Of a stretch of 64,000 bases of DNA, positions 62,278 through 64,000 are shown piece after piece. The position numbers and the translations under genes were made by a program. This DNA comes from Parcubacteria group bacterium CG1_02_58_44 (GTDB lineage Bacteria > Patescibacteriota > Patescibacteriia > SG8-24), in assembly GCA_001872545.1 (NCBI GenBank), contig MNWN01000011.1, positions 2,089 to 66,088 of the forward strand. Direction: 5' to 3'. Position 1 is the first letter of the stretch. Each line of letters starts with the position of its first letter. The notes under the pieces were generated by a model. The model worked only from the letters and a program-made list of their open reading frames with translations, had not been told where the DNA came from and ran no database searches.

Positions 62278-63555
62278 ATGGCAGAAGTAAAGCCGGCAAT
62301 CGAATCGTTCGCCAAGATAAAGGTGATTGGTGTTGGCGGTTCTGGCGGTTCGGCCATCAACCGGATGATCAGGTCCAAGATCAAGGGCGTCGAGTTCATT
62401 GTCGCCAACACGGACGTCCAGGCCCTGCATAATTCCGTGGCCCCAAAAAAGATCCAGCTTGGCAAGTCCGTGACGCGCGGACTGGGTGCGGGGATGAATC
62501 CGGACATCGGCAAGCAGTCAGCCGAGGAGAACCAGAACGAGATTCGCGAGGCGTTGAACGGTGCCGACATGGTTTTTATAACTTGTGGTTTGGGCGGCGG
62601 AACCGGCAGCGGAGCTTCGCCGACCATCGCCGAGATTGCCCGAGACTGCGGTGCGCTGACTGTGGCCGTGGTGACCAGACCGTTCTCCTTCGAGGGTGTC
62701 CAGAGGAAGAAAATCGCCGAGAGGGCGTTCGACAGCTTGGTCGCCCAGGTCGATACGATCATCGCCATACCGAACGACCGGGTGCTTTCGGTCATCGACA
62801 AGAAGACTTCGCTGGTCGATGCCTTCGAGGCGGTTGACGACGTGCTGCGTCAGGGCGTCCAGAGCATCTCGGAGATCATCACCGTGCCTGGACTGGTCAA
62901 CGTCGACTTCGCCGACGTGAAGGCGATCATGCAGAACACAGGTTCGGCACTGATGGGCATCGGCGTGGCCACCGGCGAGAATCGGGTCATTACCGCCGCC
63001 AAACAGGCCATCTCCAGTCCGCTGCTCGAGATGTCGATCGAGGGGGCCAAGGGCATCCTGTTTACCATTACCGGCGGCGTCGACCTGTCGATGCACGAGT
63101 TCGACGAGGCCTCAAAGGTGATAACCGGCAAGGCCGATCCTGAGGCTAGGGTCATCTTCGGTGCGGTCATAGACGAGAGCCTGAAGGATGAGGTCAAGGT
63201 CTGCGTGATCGCTACCGGCTTCGATGCGGACCGTTCGAGTAAGCTCAAGGGCGACAAGGAAGCGAATCCCTTCTCTTCGGAGAGATTCGGATCGTCCCAG
63301 GAGAAGGCGTCGGAACGGCTGTCCGTCGTCCGCAGGAGCCCGACCGTCGAGAACCTGTCCGAAGAGAAGGAGGATGCGGAGACGTCGACGGAAGGCGTCG
63401 GTTTCGGGGGACCTTCGAACGGATTGGGAGCCTTCGTCAGGCGTCCGGTTCGAGACGCGGAAGATGAAAACGAGACCGGTCGTCAGCCGGCCGTCGCCGT
63501 CGGAGGGGAGGAAGATCTGGAGATTCCGGCCTTCATCAGGCGGAAGATGCCGTAA
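62278..63555 (+). CDS. ftsZ: Cell division protein FtsZ
   Basis: IKVIGVGGSG, GLGGGTGSG, NVDFADV, C-terminal LEIPAFIRRK. Confidence 0.98.
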   Translation: MAEVKPAIESFAKIKVIGVGGSGGSAINRMIRSKIKGVEFIVANTDVQALHNSVAPKKIQLGKSVTRGLGAGMNPDIGKQSAEENQNEIREALNGADMVFITCGLGGGTGSGASPTIAEIARDCGALTVAVVTRPFSFEGVQRKKIAERAFDSLVAQVDTIIAIPNDRVLSVIDKKTSLVDAFEAVDDVLRQGVQSISEIITVPGLVNVDFADVKAIMQNTGSALMGIGVATGENRVITAAKQAISSPLLEMSIEGAKGILFTITGGVDLSMHEFDEASKVITGKADPEARVIFGAVIDESLKDEVKVCVIATGFDADRSSKLKGDKEANPFSSERFGSSQEKASERLSVVRRSPTVENLSEEKEDAETSTEGVGFGGPSNGLGAFVRRPVRDAEDENETGRQPAVAVGGEEDLEIPAFIRRKMP

Positions 63556-63573
63556 TAAGTAGCCGCCAAGCAG

Positions 63574-64000
63574 ATGAAGTGTCCGGTCTGCTCCAATGAA
63601 GAAACCAAAGTGATCGACTCGCGGGTCTCTTCGGACGGCGTGTCCGTGAGACGTCGGCGCGAGTGCGTCAGGTGCGACTTTCGCTTTTCGACCGTCGAGG
63701 GAGTCGAGCTGCTCGAGCTTTCGGTCGTGAAGGGCGACGGCCGTAGGGAGCCGTACATGCGCGGCAAGCTGGAGTCGGGCCTCAGGAGAGCGCTGGAGAA
63801 ACGGGCCTGCGAGGCAGACGGGTTCCGTTCGCTGTTGGGCCTGATCGAACGCGACATCCAGCGCCTGCGCCGGAGCGAGGTCACGAGCAGTGAGATCGGC
63901 GAGATAGTCATGCAGCACCTGCGGCAGTTCGATTCCGTCGCCTACATCCGGTTCGCTTCGGTCTACAGGTCATTCGAGGACGTGGAGAACTTTCGTGAGG
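63574..64000 (+). CDS. nrdR: Transcriptional repressor NrdR (partial, runs off the window)
   Basis: MKCPVC...TKVIDSR...RRRRECVRCDFRFSTVE...VAYIRFASVYRSF. Confidence 0.95.
   Translation, partial: MKCPVCSNEETKVIDSRVSSDGVSVRRRRECVRCDFRFSTVEGVELLELSVVKGDGRREPYMRGKLESGLRRALEKRACEADGFRSLLGLIERDIQRLRRSEVTSSEIGEIVMQHLRQFDSVAYIRFASVYRSFEDVENFRE

Overview
This is a GC-rich bacterial window using the standard genetic code. Gene content and protein families point to a Patescibacteria (CPR) genome, probably ABY1/Uhrbacteria-like; this assignment is an inference. Left to right: (1) a surface-glycan cluster (DUF4012 protein, three GT4 glycosyltransferases, a WcaJ/WbaP-type priming transferase) interrupted by orphan genes; (2) an atypical RNase P RNA, trpS, a Pif1-like helicase, RNase J, tRNA-Leu(CAG), a peptide ABC substrate-binding protein and secG; (3) a DsbA-like protein next to a Cys-rich VirB2/TrbC-type pilin fusion, then uvrA, a degenerate FtsH-protease-domain protein and a secreted protein; (4) rplS, an RluA-family synthase, the rare tRNA-Ile(UAU), a short RelA/SpoT, topA, dprA, pth, der, an LCP protein and tRNA-Val(CAC); (5) lepB, hisS, rpsU, yqeY; (6) a ~15 kb surface-protein locus with two pilin-anchored Ig proteins (one of 3358 aa ending in a vWA domain) and three membrane proteins with Cys-rich repeats, two of which also carry TSP3-like repeats; (7) ybeY, dgkA, ftsA, ftsZ and a partial nrdR. 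Two signals stand out. First, two different tRNA genes each carry a small non-coding element with the same layout: an inverted T-loop copy exactly 75 nt from the tRNA's own T-loop, a structured core, then a duplicated tRNA 3' end. Second, the pilin-anchored giant adhesin locus sits inside a housekeeping and cell-division gene run. All domain calls come from reading motifs by eye; no database searches were run.
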